From positions 16,120,001 through 16,184,000 of the forward strand of contig CM022673.1 of assembly GCA_012295275.1 (NCBI GenBank): a stretch of 64,000 bases of DNA. The letters run 5' to 3'. Shown here piece after piece: positions 1-12,499 of this stretch (position 1 is its first letter; the number at the start of each line of letters is the position of its first letter). The notes below the pieces were generated by a model. The model did no database searches. It was not told the origin of the DNA and saw only the letters and a list, made by a program, of their open reading frames with translations. The translations under genes and the position numbers were made by a program. The DNA comes from Chrysomallon squamiferum (lineage: Eukaryota > Animalia > Mollusca).

Positions 1-9
1 CATAATCAC

Positions 10-46
<37 letters not shown>

Positions 47-88
47 TTATTATATATTATTATTATATTTATTATTATCATTATTCAG

Positions 89-991
89 TGTACTGCTAAT
101 TGCTAACTACTGTAATCGCAATCTGGAGACTCTAAAACTGAATTTTCTCGCTGATGTCACTGAAGCTAGTCTGCAAAAATTACTGAAACACTGCAAGAAG
201 TAAGAGATTTTTTTTCTTTAAAAAGTTCATGTTGTTAAACATCTTTATTTATTAAAGATCAAATTCATTTAATAAAAATATTTTCAACAGACTAAATATT
301 AACAAAACAGATTAAATATATTTTGTACCCTTCTATGAGATTATTGTACTGTTATGAGAAATCAGCCTTTCATAATAATAAGACTTTAACAACTATAATT
401 TTAACACACTGGTATGGAGGCTGCCATATTTCCTTTTTTCACTGCTTTTTCAACACATTTTTTTCCTACAAAATAAATTGAAGAAAAAAGAAAAAATCAA
501 ATGATATATATGACAGTTTTGTTTATAATTTACTTACGTTGGAATGCTTAACTTTTATGGGCAGTGAATAGATCATTTATAAAATCTTATGGTATTTTTA
601 CATTTCAGTCAGTATAGAAATGAATTAATGGGAAAAAATTAAGGAAAAATAAGGGAAAAGAAAAATCACTTAGAAATATATTAGATTATAGGTATACATT
701 AATTCATCATAAAATTTAATGAAACATGTTTCAAATAAATTAATATTTACTGACATAATAGTAACATAAACTAACTTCATGTAATATATTTATTACAACA
801 TTTTGTTTACACTGTAATTAAAGTTTCCTAATATTAATAAAAAAAAGAAAAAAGGTTAGCTTGATTGATTCTTTTATATATTTATTTTTTTATTTTTTAG
901 GTTGAAAGTTCTGCACCTCTATGGCTGTACAAGTGTTAGGAATACTGTCAGCCTTCAGCGTTTGTGTCCCTTCCTTAGCATGGAAATGTAA
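89..991 (+). CDS. 3' end (last two exons) of a cysteine-containing leucine-rich-repeat protein, F-box/LRR (FBXL/AMN1-like)
   Basis: Exon 89-199 (ttcag acceptor, gtaaga donor) reads VLLIANYCNRNLETLKLNFLADVTEASLQKLLKHCK. It splices in phase (AA|G) to exon 901-991 (ttttag acceptor), KLKVLHLYGCTSVRNTVSLQRLCPFLSMEM*. LxxLxLxxC and 'VTEASL..L..HC..L..L.L' patterns are typical of LRR_CC repeats. The 5' part lies outside the window, so an F-box is not seen. Confidence 0.8.
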
Positions 992-996
992 AATGT

Positions 997-1265
997 AACT
1001 AGATACCTGGATAATCCTTTTTATTTCAACACTGAAGTGTAACCAGACATCTGGATAATCTTCTTTAATTTTCAGAGTTGAAGTGTATATCTAGATATCT
1101 GGATTAATTACTTCAGTATTGAAATATAGTCATACACCTGGATTTACGTCACTGTCAAAACTAATTGAGATTTATCTAGATACACCTTAATATTTCACAG
1201 TATTAGAAAAGAAACCAAGATATCTGCAGATATGTGGTTTATTTAACTATCGGAGATATCCTGAA
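997..1265 (+). repeat. Degenerate ~45-bp tandem repeat in the 3' UTR of the LRR gene
   Basis: Recurring core: tagatacctggataat, cagacatctggataat, tagatatctggattaat, catacacctggattta, aagatatctgcaga. Confidence 0.5.
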
Positions 1266-4200
1266 ATAACTGTCCATACTCAATTATAACGTGAGTAACC
1301 AACTAGTTGTTATTATAATATTATGGGAATGAGTATAAAAGCAATAAATTTATTTTTATTTCTGTGTTAAAAGTAAAATGTGTTGGGTCTCAGATGATCA
1401 AAACTGAAAAAAAGGATAAATTTTTTCTTGATTCAAGGACTGCCTGAAAACGATATCACCACTAACAGTCTGAAAAATAATTTTGTTTTTATAGTAGTTC
1501 TGAAATTTTAAAGCATTAACTTTACAGTTGCCATTCATTTTCTGTTTTACCAATAATTTAAGTTTATTTTATATATAGTAATAATAATGTCCATCATTAC
1601 CACATAACTTTTTTAATTATTATTGGTGTATTACAAAATGTTTAAAAAAATAATAATAATAAAAAAATATATAATAAATAAATAAACAAAAATTAAAATT
1701 TGCTTGATTAATATTAAAATGAGCATTGTGAAAAGGCTGAAGCTTTGCCATCTGTTCAGTGGTTTATTGTACTAGATTTATTTAAAATTAATATATGTAA
1801 TAATATATTTTTTTCTATCACCATCAGGAAAGAGCTTTATTGTTTTATTAATAAACGTTTATTATCTGTTTTTGTTTATGGGTTTCAGTCATAGATTTAA
1901 AAAAAAAAAAAAAAAAAAAAGGAATAAAAAAAGATGTTATTTTGCTTCAAATGGTTTAGTCTATATTCATATTGGCATTACTTTATTAATTTCAAGTTGG
2001 TTACGGTTTTAAAGACTCGGTTATGGACATTTGTCACAGTCACAGAATTTTTTTTATTAAATTATGAAATTATTTTGCCTGGTTTCTCTTTTACCTGACA
2101 CAGAATTAAAAGAAAATTATAGTAGAAATATTTATTATTATTATTATTATTATGATTATTAAATTATTAAAATGTTTTAGAATTATAAATGATGTGTAAA
2201 CAAAAAATTAATGTTAAAATTTCAAAATAGTAGCTAAAATTAACCTGCACAATAGAGATATGAATATAATTTTTTTCTTCTTCCTTTTTCATTATTATTT
2301 AAGTTAAAAATAGCTATAATTTAACATGAAACTGATGGTAATAATTTATTTTGCAAATATTTCTATTGCAAGTTGCTAATGATAAAAATAGTTCATTCAT
2401 TGCTTTAACTTGATGTAAAAGAACATGCATGCAGATTGTAATTTTTATTTCTAATAAATATTTATTTTTATTTTTTTGTTATCAGTAGTTCTTTGAAGTA
2501 ATCAGCTTTAGAAATTGTAAAACCTTAAATAAATTATTTGAAAAAAATTCTTATTTCTTTTTTTTCACATTTGTAAATTTATAATTATAAATAATTTTTC
2601 TTTTTGGGATTTTAAACCAAACTGTTGTGTCTAGATTTTTTTAAAATTTAGCAAAAGCTTCTGAACATTAATTAAAAATAAGTAATAAATAAATATTGGT
2701 AGGTTTAGTATGTTTTCTGTAGGGACAATCCCGTTTCAATTATTTGTTTAAAATTAAATTTGCAATATTTGAATGCTTAAATCTTTAGATATATTTATTA
2801 ACTGTTAAAAATCAATTAGTTATTATTTTTTAATATACTGTTGCAATAACATTTATTTTATTATTTACTTATGTTTAGTTTTTTTTAGTTTTGTGGCATT
2901 CATTGATTTTCAAATAGTTGTTAAAATTGATTAAGCTGGCAGCAATTAATGTCTTTTGAAAATTTATATTAGTTTTCTTTGTTGCTTTTGTATTATTAAA
3001 CAATTTTCTGTAAGTTTATTATATTTGTTAATTATTTTAGTTACGATATTTTGTTTAAGCAGACAAAATTCTGAAATAAAAAATAGATATTTATTTTTTT
3101 ACTTCTTTATTTATTTGCTTTTTTTAATATTATTTTAAAACCATAGTATTATATTATCATGACTGGTACTTTCCGTATTCACCTAATTAAAAATGGCAAA
3201 GCTTTTCCAGTTATTTTATAACATATTTTTTATTTAATTACACAGCATAATAAATAGAAATTTTATTTAAATTTATAAATTTATTTTCTTGCACTAGAAT
3301 TTTTTCTTCTTCTTCTTTTTTTTTAAAGTAATTTTCATAGACAGGTTTTCTTTGCATTGTTAGTTTCAGACTGACCATATTATTGTGGCCTTAATTACTG
3401 TAGCTTGTGGTCAAGAGTTTAAATTAAAAGTTGGAATTTATTTTATTATTATATTTTTTTTTTAACTTTTATTTTTTTTTTATTTTTTTTTTTTCAATTA
3501 ATTATTTATTTTTATTTTTTATAATATAGTTTGTTGATTATTGCTGAAGTTAGTGATTTCATATACAGGGTATAGAAAGGTGCTAAAAAAGTAATAATAA
3601 TAATTTTATTCATAGTTCAGTTTTATTGTAAAATTATTATTGTTCCAGCCAGAATCAGTTTTCTACTGATACATCAGAACAGATATACAGACAGACTGAC
3701 TGACATTTACTTACAACCTATGTGTACATTACCAATCTATCTACCCACTTACACATACAAATACATAAACACTGAAGTTTTTTACTTCTTTTTTTTTGAA
3801 TAGCTATTTAAATCAATAACAGATTGTGAATTTTTCTGTGAAATGCTGAAATGTTTCAAAATCAGATTAAAACATCAAGAAATTTGTACTGAACTATACT
3901 GTTGTCAGATTTTTTCTTATTTAATATTCACTTTAGTTTTTATTCCTCTATTTGTTGTCAAAGAAATTGATTACAAAAGATGAATAAACACAGATAACCA
4001 TAAAAATATGGCTTTACTTATTATTTTTTCTTTTCTTTTTCTTTCTTTTCATATTGGATTAAAATAAAACTTAAATTATTTAGTGCCAGCTGTGAAAAAC
4101 AGTTTTGTTAATATAGTTACTTTTTAAAGTTCAGTTGTGTAAGTCATGTCTTTTTTCTTTTTTCATTCCTTTAAATATATACACAAACACATACACACAT

Positions 4201-4322
4201 GCACACACAGATATTTTCATGTTATTTGATAACTGACTTTGATCTGATGTAAAAAAGAGATTATTTTTGTTGGAATATATATTTTATATTGATATTGTTA
4301 TAATAAAATAAATGGCAATTGC

Positions 4323-4375
<53 letters not shown>

Positions 4376-4556
4376 TATTATTACTATTACTATTTAAGGT
4401 GGTTTTTCTTTTTTTTCTTTTTTTAAACATTGAAAATCTGCCATATTTTTAAGGTATATTATTAATCTTCAGCTGATAGCAATATTTTTCTTCCTAAGTT
4501 GATTTAGTAATTTAAAAAAATATATTTGTATGAAAACGTCTGTTGACTGCTGACTT

Positions 4557-4600
4557 AATAAAGTGTTTCTTTACATGTTAAGGTGTTTTGTTGTTTTTCA
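4557..4600 (+). terminator. Candidate poly(A) signal of the LRR gene
   Basis: AATAAA at 4557-4562 followed by a GT-rich tract (gtgttttgttgttttt), close to where T-rich sequence switches to A-rich. AATAAA is common in this AT-rich DNA, so support is weak. Confidence 0.25.
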
Positions 4601-6089
4601 TTCGACTGTTTTACACAGCTGTTAATGCATTTGTTCATACAGCTGTAATCTCTTCTCTTATATTCTGCATCACATCAAATTAATAAAACTAGGATGTTTT
4701 GACATTTTTAAACATGTTTATTTATTCACATCATTATAAATGTCACCTAGAAAGTGAAAAAGCCAGGTTATTATTATAATTTTATTTTTTTTATTTTTTT
4801 TTACAATTTAAAATATTTATTTAATCATATCATTAGTAATATATCATCATAAATGTATCCTGGTAATGTTTTGTTTTTTTTTTTTTTTTTTTTTATTTTA
4901 ATGTTTTAAAAAATTGTTTATTTAGTCATACATTTATTAATATTATAATACATTTAATTTAAACTTGACAAAATAAATGAAAACAGACAAATGAATCAGA
5001 AAATAAGAAATGTTAAGTTATTAATGATATTCAGTTAGTCAAAAATGATTTTTTTTAGGATGAAAGGAATTTAGGATTTTTCTAAAATCAACAAACATCA
5101 ATATTAAATAGTGTTTATTGCAAATAGAAGATAACAAAATGGTAAAATAATGTTTATATAAATTAGTAAATATATACAATTTAGACAGGATATTTACTTT
5201 TGTATAAATCTGTTACATTAAAATTTTTAAGAGATATAAAGTAAAGGTAAACATCAGTAATATGTCACAATAATGGCACTTGAAAATCTGATCACAAAAT
5301 AATTAAAAAAGATCAATGACTTTTGAAGTAATAATGAATGTTTTGGTACCAAGGCAATCATGAGATAATTTAAACCAGATTAGGATAATGATTTTTTTTA
5401 AAATTCCATTTTAGATGTTAACAAAAATTAATTGTTTGACAACAACATTAAAATAATTATTTTGATGAAAAAATGACAGTTAATAATATTTCCATTTCAA
5501 AAACCTAGAAAACAGTTCACCAGAAAATGCATTCAGAAACTAAATTCTGAAGAAATGAATTTGCAGTGATTTTTCCTCAGTTTTTCTCACTTGGCAAGAA
5601 TATCTAGTGAAAGACTAGTCTAAGAAACAATAATACTTATATCATGGGCTTTTTTTAAAGAAAAGTGTCAATTTATATGTTTTTGATACCAAAATGAATG
5701 CTGATAAATGATCTGCCCTTTTGGAAAGTTTTTATATGATTCTCAAATATGATGTTGCATTATTTAGATTTATTTTGCATGCAAGATTTAAAATATATAT
5801 ATAAAGTTTATAAATTTTAATATTTAAATGGTCAAAAATGTTGCATGTTTAGTATAACTGAACAATAAAATACTTTATTAAAAATTAATTAGTTATTAAT
5901 AATAAAACAGATATTATATTAATTTGCTTCATAAAACATAAATGATAGAAATGAAGACATCATTAAATATATTTTCATGGTTTGAACAAAAAGTATAAAT
6001 CAGAATGCTGAGTAATTGCTAAAAAAAAAGTAAGTTTTTGCCACCAACATAAATTCAGCACCAGTTTTTGTATGTTTTTGTCTTTCCTG

Positions 6090-9000
6090 TTAGAAATCTT
6101 CATTGAATGGGTAATATTTGTGACCAAGACTTCTGAAATAACAATGAGTGGTGAATTTAATAACAGTTGTAGAACAAAATTTTTGTATTTATTATATATA
6201 TATATATATGAAAAATTACTATAAACAAATAATTAAAAAAACCTAATTTTTCCTCTATCATTTAATACATTATTCTTCTCTGAAAGATTGACATAAAATA
6301 TATTACCTGCACTAAAAAAAAAAAAAACTTACTCTTCTGATTTAATCATTCTTTGATTTTTATTCATCGCAAATAGAGTGTCCATTTCATCTTTTGACAA
6401 TTCAAAATCAAAAATCTGAAAATGAAAAAACAAAATGCTGAGAACAAATTAAAAAGATTTCTCTTTGACAGGAATTTTATTTTCTTCTTTTCACATTGTA
6501 GGTCTAATAGTGTGGTGTATCTTAAACAAGGGATTTGAACCAGGTAACACAGCAACTAAAGAAATATCAAAATTAATGTTTCTTACTGCTATGATGAATT
6601 ATTTATTTAATCTTTAATCTAAGCAGAATGCCCAGTATTATAGATTTTTATGTGCTGTCAAACATAAAGATTTTCTCTGTTTGTCTGTCTGTGTTTTTGT
6701 CTCTCACTCCCCAACCCTCCCTCAGAATAATGTTTAATTATTTATTCAAACATTCCAAATATAGTTTCAGTACCGTGTTTGGATTCCAAATATAACAAAC
6801 ATCTCTTTGAAAAAAAAAAAAAAAGACAGTTCTTAAAAATATTTTTAAAAGAAACTCACATTTATGTTTTCTACTATTTGTTCTGGCTTAGTGCTTTTTG
6901 GTATAACAGAAATACCTTGCTGCACTAAAAATCGAAGTGCAACCTGAAATTTTTCAAAAATAAAATCATAATAATGATTCTCTTTGTTTTATTTATTTAT
7001 TTATTTATTTATTTCATTTTACTTCATTTTCTTTTTTAAAACATCATTATAATATATAAATGCTTCAGTATTAAATTGTATAATTGAGATTTCTGTACAA
7101 AAAGAATAAAATAAATTAGAAATATTTCTCACTTGAGATGCAGTTTTGTTCTTCTTTGCTGCAATTGTTTTTAAAACCTCTTCCTCAAGCAGATGACTTC
7201 TGAAAAAAGTTTAAAAAATAAAAAATATATATTTATAGAGGGAATTAAGTTGGTCTTGATTTCATCCTTCCCCAAAAATAACCCCAGTTTTAAACATTTT
7301 TCTTAAAATTTTTAAATGTTAGGGCATATTTAAATTTTATATTTGTATTTATAATTATATACTTGTAAGAAACTGTTACACAATTCTGAATAATTAAAGT
7401 CCATCTTTGATGATACTAATATTTTCCAAATTATATTTTAACTTTTTTCTTTTTTTTTCTAGATAGATAGACAGATAGATACTGATATATATTCGTTTTT
7501 CTATCCACTCATAATTAATAATGAAATAAAACACCAAAATAGCAATTAAAAAATATCTCATTGCAATAATTTTTCTGTAGTTTTGACATCATCACATACA
7601 GCACAGAAACAATTTGTTTTATAATTTCTTTCTGATAGATATGTAATTAATTTCAACTCTAGTAATGAACGAGTAACAAGTATGTTTAAATTTTGTCTAA
7701 CAGTATTTTTTACTGTAGCATTTTGTTATGAGTGATGACAACGCCTAATTGTGATGAGTTTAAAATTCAATGAAACAGTGGTTCAGTACTCTGTGTTTCA
7801 AATGTTATGAGTCAGTGGTTCAGTGTTGTGTTTTACGTTCTACACAAGTGAACTACTCACTGGGACTTTCCTGGAGCTGCTAGTGGACTCATGGCTGTGA
7901 CAGTTAAACCGTGAGACTTGCAGAAGTCAAGTAGGCGAGTGTTGGTGTGCCACAGATGAACCTCAAGCTGAAATAAAAAATATTTCTACATGTGCTGTCA
8001 CTTTGATTCATTTATGACTGAAAAAAAAATAATAATAAAATGCTTTATTTAACTAATTAAATTCCTGACTACAACAATTTTTGTGCTGATTATTAAATCT
8101 AATGAAAATTTTGAAATTAAAAATTATTACTGATTAGCAGATTAGTGGCAAGAGATTTTTTTTAATTCTGTACTTACATTACATACACAGAGATAATGGG
8201 AGAGAAACCCTGAATGATGGATAATAAAATACTGTTGCATCAAAGATTATGAAAATATTATGTGCTTTCCTATTTGTGGGAAGGTGCATATCAAACATTT
8301 CTTACTGCTAGTAAGAGATGAATAGCTCACTGAGTGTATGATAAGAGGATGTTTCTTCTCTCATCCTTTTTTAAACTTATTTTGTTATTTACATTTTTTT
8401 CTTCTTTTATTTTTTTTTATCACTTTCTGCATATGTTGCAAATAATTGTTTTTTTTATTTCTTCAGTGTTAACAGCTGATAGCTTTCTTATTAGTCTGAA
8501 TAAGTTCTTCACTTCAACTTCTCAAAGTATTGTTATTTTTACTTTCATTTACCTCACCTTCATCTATACTGAATATCACTGCAGTCACCTCTTTAATAAA
8601 AATCACAACCCAGTAATTTGGTGATTCTCAACAATGGCTTTAACTTCACTACACAGTTCTCCATACTTATATGATCAGTATAAAATTCAGTTTAGCTGGC
8701 ACCAACTTCAGAATTATTTAAAAAGGGGGTCTGAAAGAAAAAGGGATTCAGAAATGCTGCAAGTACAACAAATAATCTTTGTCAAGAAATGACACATGTG
8801 TTTTTCTGTTGCAGTGTTATAGAACAGGTCTGGTCTTACCTGTATGTTGCTTGGTGCAATTCGAGCGGACTTGACAACTGCAGACACCTGTTTGCTGTTG
8901 AAGTTAGACAAGCCAATGTCACGAATAAGCCCTTCATCCACACAGTCTTCCATTGCCTGGAAATTATTACATACAGACTGACAGACACAATTTATTAATG

Positions 9001-10708
9001 TTTCATCACAGACTTGTATAAAATAAAATATAAAAATAAAAATATCATTAACTGCAAAATATCACACACACATACACACACACACACACACAGAGACAGA
9101 TAGATTTATGTTATTAATGTTTATATAAAAAAACAAAAACAAAAAAAAACATCAGTACTGTTATCCATTGCCTAGAAAACACCATAGACAGACAGGCATA
9201 ATTTATTAATGATTTACCTTATTCTTGAGTCAAATAATATATATAAAAAGAGATAAGCCACACTTTATAAGACACAGTAAAATTAATAATGTACTACAAG
9301 TATACACATTTTTAGTAATTCATGTTTAGCTGACTGTTTGAAGATTCTGCCATCTTTTAAAAAATGTACTTATTTCCAGTATTTCCTGATTTACTTACTT
9401 TCCAAGTGTCCAAGAAATCCACATCTGAGAAAATTACTTTTCCAGATTCATCCTGCGGAAAGAATTCCCCTCCTTCCTGTAACACAGTCAGTTAAAGAAT
9501 CAGAAAAATACAGCAGACATAACCTTTATCTTTACTGTAAAAATAAAGTGTATGTATGTTTGTGTGTGTTTGTCTGTGTGAGAGTGTGTTAGTCTCTATA
9601 CATATGTAACTGCAAGTAAATCTTTGTATTGGTTCATTTTACACACACACATATGCATTCTGTAGGTTGGTCCCAGTATATATGTTTGTAATGCAGTGTG
9701 TTTACCTCAGTATTTTTAAACACTTACATTGTGCAAATTTCCGATTTTTATAAAACTTTATTATACATTATTTAATTTTGTAAATCTGATAGACATTATC
9801 TGTTCTCTTCCAATCATGAAAAGTTAAACTGTATAATAAATGCATGTTATAATACTCTTTGGTGTGAACCGTCAGTAACACATTAGTCTTAAAGCTAGTC
9901 AGTCTAGCATGAATCCCCGTTGAGTTATTTCTCATCCTTATCAGGACACTTGTACATCAAAGCCTATGGTATGGGCTGTCCTGATTGTGAAAGAAAGTGC
10001 TTGCAAAATGGAAAAATTGCAACTGGAAATAATCAGAAGTTATAATCAATCTGGTTTTCTCTCAAGCAAAAATATAAGATATCCATAACACAGCTATGCA
10101 AGAACAGTTCATAGACAATGAATTAAAAATATTTTGTGGTGATGTCTTACTTTGAAAGCAACAGGCCAGTGAATTAAATAAAGATCCAGGTAATCCACTC
10201 CAAGATCATCCATGGATTTCTTCAAACTTGTTCTCACTAGATCTGGTCTGTGACAAGTGTTCCATAGCTGCAAACATACATTTTACAGTTATAAAGCACA
10301 AATTTTACAGTTACAAATATATATTTTACAGTTACAAACACTTTTTACAATTACAGATATATATTTTACAGGCTTGATAAGATATTTCAGTTATAAATGT
10401 TTACTGTAATAAAATATTTCAGTTGCATATAGATAATTTATATTGCAGTTACAAACAGATATAGCCATTATAAATGACAGTTTACTGTTATAAACAAATA
10501 TTTCAGTTATAGATAAATGCTATGTTATAAACAAATATAATTATTATAAATGAATTTAAAGTTATAAATATTTTCCAAATACAGATATATTTCAGTTACA
10601 AATAGATATTTTGCAATTACAGAAACTTTTGTCTAAATATTTTACTGTTACAATTAAAGATTTCAGTTATTTCTTTATTTATTGTTATTTTTATTATTTA
10701 TTCAGTTA

Positions 10709-10766
<58 letters not shown>

Positions 10767-11698
10767 TGTGTTTATTTATTTATTTACTTACTATTCTATT
10801 TTTTATTACTATTACTATCCCCTTTTATATATTTATTTTATATTTATTTATGTATTTATTTATTTTTTTATTATTATTATTATTTTTTTTTTAACTGCTC
10901 GTAACTCACTTTACTGGTAATAAAGAGGTCTTCTCTACAAACTACATCTTCCACTATGAGGTGTTTTAATGCCTGACCAATGGCTATTTCATTCCGATAG
11001 AAGGCGGCACAATCCAGGTGGCGATATCCAGCACGTACTGCCACCCTCACAGCATTCAAAACGTCTTCTTCAGGCTTTGAATAAAAATATGTTACAGAAT
11101 ACTCTTAAGGTTTGTTTTATGTCCAGTTAATTCTACGTAATTAAACTTGTTCAACTGAAATAGTCTTTACATCTATTTTTTACGATAAATTAAATTTATA
11201 TAGTGATTCTTACTCCGATTTTATGGAATTAGTTCTGAACTATTACAATTTAATAAATCTTATATTCAGTATGCATTATCAAAGCATTAATTATATATAT
11301 ATTTGTGTATGTGTGTAATGTACCTAATGTATGCATGTATATATGTATGGATGGATGTTTTGTTTTCTATAACGCGATATTAATAAAAACAAAAGCGTCA
11401 GGTAATTCTGAAGAAAAATCTAGGACGCCGCTGTTTATAAATAACCACTTACCTAGATCAAAGTGCTTTGAGCTTTTACTGTTAGGTTAATATAAAATGG
11501 AGAAAAAAAATCCCTGCTTTTGAGCTGCATTAAAGCATGCATTATGCTTTATTTAAAAGAATAACGTCGTCGTGTATTTTTTACAAAGCGCATTTGATTC
11601 GGCTGTTTTACCTCAATCGGTGCATAGGTGCCTAAGCCGACGGCGGGCATCTTCCGACCACTTTTCATTGTTAGATCAAATGTTTGCGACTGTGTCAT
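6090..11698 (-). CDS. Aldo-keto reductase (AKR1-like), 10 exons, 315 aa
   Basis: Exons on the minus strand: 11698-11612 [29 protein letters not shown]; 11074-10910 ...[14 protein letters not shown]...REDLFITSK; 10267-10151 LWNTCH...[14 protein letters not shown]; 9476-9399; 8956-8840 [20 protein letters not shown]...Q; 7967-7861 LEVH...TAMSPLA; 7199-7133; 6943-6860 VALRF...VIPKS...EN; 6415-6333 IFDFELS; 6132-6090 ...[10 protein letters not shown]. All introns are GT-AG and phases match. The catalytic D/Y/K/H tetrad is present. Confidence 0.95.
8231..8335 (+). mobile_element. Decayed SINE relic (central domain)
   Basis: tatgtgctttcctatttgtgggaaggtgcatatcaaacatttcttactgcta resembles in-window segments at ~9960 and ~39010, and my recollection of the conserved central domain of molluscan tRNA-derived SINEs (not searched). 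Confidence 0.5.
9890..10000 (+). mobile_element. Decayed SINE relic with degenerate B-box-like head
   Basis: gtcagtctagcatgaatccccg...ttatttctc...acttgtacatcaaagcctatggtatgggctgtcctgattgtg shares motifs with 8231-8335 and with the minus-strand copy at ~16.5 kb. Confidence 0.5.
10266..10670. repeat. ~21-bp minisatellite (cagttacaaatatatatttta) abutting the AKR exon-3 acceptor
   Basis: Repeated ttttacagttacaaa / tttcagttataaa units, increasingly degenerate away from the exon. Confidence 0.75.
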
Positions 11699-11813
11699 TT
11701 TGTTCCAGTTGTGTTGTTAACTTCAAGTGTTAACACTGAAACCGAAACAAAAATTACGATGATGGGGTTTATCCTTTTTATTCTCTGAAGTGAGACAGAA
11801 ATTAAGTTCAATG

Positions 11814-11834
11814 TCAAGGTCGAATTTCGACCTT
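11814..11834. promoter_or_regulatory. Palindrome and nuclear-receptor-like site ~120 bp upstream of the AKR ATG
   Basis: aaggtcgaa-t-ttcgacctt is a perfect 9-bp inverted repeat (11816-11834). It overlaps TCAAGGTCG, which matches the FTZ-F1/NR5A consensus YCAAGGYCR. Confidence 0.3.
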
Positions 11835-12446
11835 TTGTTGCTGTAGTCTAAATTCATTTCCATTGGTACAAAACACCAAGTAACAAATTAATTTCCGTCA
11901 AATACATAATTTATCGGGGGTTTGCGGGTTGTTTTTTTTTTTTTTTTTTTTTTTTTTTTGCATAAGAAAGATAAACGAAATATTATTATTTATCACCGAT
12001 TTAAACTTCAGTCTCTAAGTATATGCCCAGCGCCATCATTTCAATATTAAGTTGTGAATTTTTAATTGTTTTTGTAATGTGTTTATGTTAAAAACAAGCG
12101 TTATCTGAAAGCATATATGTTAAATGGACTTCAGTTTATTTCAGATTCTAAAATATTTCCTTTTACTTTTCTATGAGTTATTTCTGTGTACGTGCTTCTA
12201 AAGAAAATGAGATGGGCAATGTGTTTTCTATCATGGCTGTTTTGATTTTTACCAAACTGCCTGCTGCGTTAAGAATGCAAATACAAGCGTTAAGAATGTA
12301 GGAAGGAAAGAAAAGAAAAGTGAATGAAAGAAAGAAAATAATATGATAATTAGCATAAATGTAAATTTAACTATCATTATTTTTAATAATTTTTATTATT
12401 ACATTTTATTTTTATTTATTATTTAAGCTCAGAATTTAAAACATTA

Positions 12447-12499
<53 letters not shown>

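Noticed and set aside
10611-10904. Poly-Ile/Tyr/Leu ORFs (also 19489-19875, 26787-27057, 33832-34107, 45927-46124)
   Set aside because: Translations of (ATT)n microsatellites in introns or UTRs; no coding signal.
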